DNA of 63,440 bases, the filler included, from Rhabdomonas costata (lineage: Eukaryota): the NCBI GenBank assembly GCA_019059605.1. It is 51 parts of 51 records of this genome, joined end to end, with 100 filler letters (N's around TTAATTAATTAA, not from the genome) between each part and the next. Parts side by side here need not be neighbours in the genome. Positions count along the whole stretch, not along the records: positions 62,295 to 63,440 come from JAHMHO010026352.1; 50 more parts are not named here. One strand, written 5' to 3'. The stretch's first letter is position 1. Every line of letters begins with the position of its first letter. Made by a program: the position numbers and the translations under genes. A model generated the notes under the pieces. That model made no database searches, was not told the DNA's origin, and was given only the letters and a program-made list of their open reading frames with translations. Shown one piece after another: positions 62,295 to 63,440 of the stretch.

Positions 62295-63354
62295 GGTGTT
62301 GGGGTTGGAGCCGGGCGCGGTGCCCGGAGCTGGGGGGGCGGCCGGTCGGGCACCACCAGACTCGGGAGCCACAGTTCCCCCAGCTGCTGCCGCCACACTG
62401 GTGGAGGGCACAGGCGGCTCCTGCTCTTGCTCACTGGTGCGCATCACCAAAGACCCTGATGAGAGGTAGGGGTGGGCAGGTGAATTTGATGAGACGGGTG
62501 TGGAACGGTTTCAATGCTTCAACGGTTGCGAATGATATGGATTGCCAGTGGTGGGGGTAAACATTGGGAAAACCATTGCGAGTGGCAGCGGTTACCAGAG
62601 GCAACGGTTAGCAACGATACCCCCCCACACACACGCAAAGTCCAGTTGAGTCGGCACTCGAAGCGCAGCATAAAAACCCTGCGAATAGTAGCGCGGCGTT
62701 AAAATGCAGCAGTCGCTGATCGAATCACAAAGCCCAACGTTCACCGTTGCTTCCAAGTCCTTTCCAGATGAGAGCACAAACAGACACCGTGGTTACAAAA
62801 GCTGCAATGCAAGAATGCCGAGAAGGAAGTTTGCACACTCCCAACACAAAATAGCACCACTTTTCCCAAAGGGAAGAGGAGAGCCGGACCTTTGCGGAAC
62901 TGATTGATAAAATCTCCGACGTGGAAGTACCCCAGCGGGCTCAGCAGTTTGTGTTGTCCATACCAACGCAAAGGCCAAGACCAAAAAACCGATCCGGAAA
63001 ACGTCAAACATCGCATGGTCATATGCGGTAATCTGCTCTTTTGCAGCACACAAGTGTGTACGCGCGTTGATAGCCATAAAGCTCATACCCTGATTGGAAA
63101 AGGGGGTTTGGGCTGCCACTGGACGCCGTTTTTGGCGGTTTAGTTCAGCCAACTTTCAGGTTTTGTGTTTTCCCCCGTCAACCGGGCAACACTACAATGC
63201 CATATCACACACCAATAACAACAACAACGAGAAAGGGCGAGAAACGGCGCACCAGCTCGTCCTCGCTGGTGGTCTCTGTGTTCTGGCACAGCGTGTACAA
63301 GTTGTAGCTGTTCTCGGCGGCGATGTAGACGTCGGTGCCAAGAATCTCCGTGGC
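62295..63354 (-). CDS. DDB1: DNA damage-binding protein 1 (DDB1), C-terminal propeller; 3 exons
   Basis: Exons 63354-63253, 62950-62890 and 62455-62295 give ATEILGTDVYIAAENSYNLYTL...SEDELKLLSPLGYFHVGDFINQFRKGSLVMR, matching DDB1 AVEILDDDxFLGAENxFNLF...VGxFHLGEFVNxFxHGSLVM. Confidence 0.92.
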
Positions 63355-63440
63355 CTTTTTTTTTGGAACGGAGGGGGGGATATTCATACTCAAAGGGAAG
63401 GGTAATTGGAGCTGAAAGCGAATCTTGACACCACACCCCC

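Larger units (their letters stand above)
1..63440. other. Concatenated assembly: 51 unlinked contigs (~1,146 bp) separated by 50 synthetic spacers N44-TTAATTAATTAA-N44
   Basis: An identical 100-nt spacer recurs every ~1,246 nt (first at 1148-1247). TTAATTAATTAA places stops in all six frames. Near-identical contig lengths suggest a length-sorted assembly. Confidence 0.98.

Noticed and set aside
1-63440. Stop-codon reassignment or alternative genetic code
   Set aside because: Conserved exons (EFTUD2, DDB1, ABCB, kinesin) have no in-frame stops and the WD40 gene ends at TGA. Stops occur only in frameshifted relics.
1-63440. rRNA, tRNA, spliced-leader RNA or CRISPR arrays
   Set aside because: None recognised by eye. 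GGTTCGA-like hits (for example ~37735) lack a cloverleaf. An Infernal or tRNAscan run would be needed to exclude them.

Overview
This window is not a continuous locus. It is 51 unlinked contigs of about 1,140-1,150 bp, joined by a synthetic 100-nt spacer (N44-TTAATTAATTAA-N44). Contig ends carry G/T-rich (left) and C/A-rich (right) tails, and five have terminal fold-backs, which points to whole-genome-amplified (single-cell type) material. The DNA is nuclear and eukaryotic: GC3-rich exons split by spliceosomal introns. It is most probably euglenid, based on articulin-like VPV repeats and 5' splice sites of the form G(T/C)NYG. Recognisable gene fragments include EFTUD2/Snu114, DDB1, a cullin, PPAN/Ssf1, a POC1-like WD40 protein, a kinesin, an ABCB transporter, ankyrin, TRAF/MATH, BTB, two alpha/beta hydrolases, a metallophosphoesterase and a histidine phosphatase. 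Mobile DNA includes two Merlin/ISXO2-like transposases, a Ty3/gypsy protease region and an RLE-type non-LTR element. The best candidate for an undescribed system is an apparently expanded family of intron-containing PstS-like solute-binding domains: 3 of 51 contigs, one followed by a transmembrane helix, and the phosphate-binding loop altered in the two fragments that cover it. A separate Cache-like membrane sensor N-terminus is also present. Other highlights are a NACHT-type NTPase pseudogene, a DDB1 intron with no AG acceptor, and frequent GC-AG introns. All identifications come from manual translation and motif recall; no database search was run, and gene neighbourhood cannot be used.
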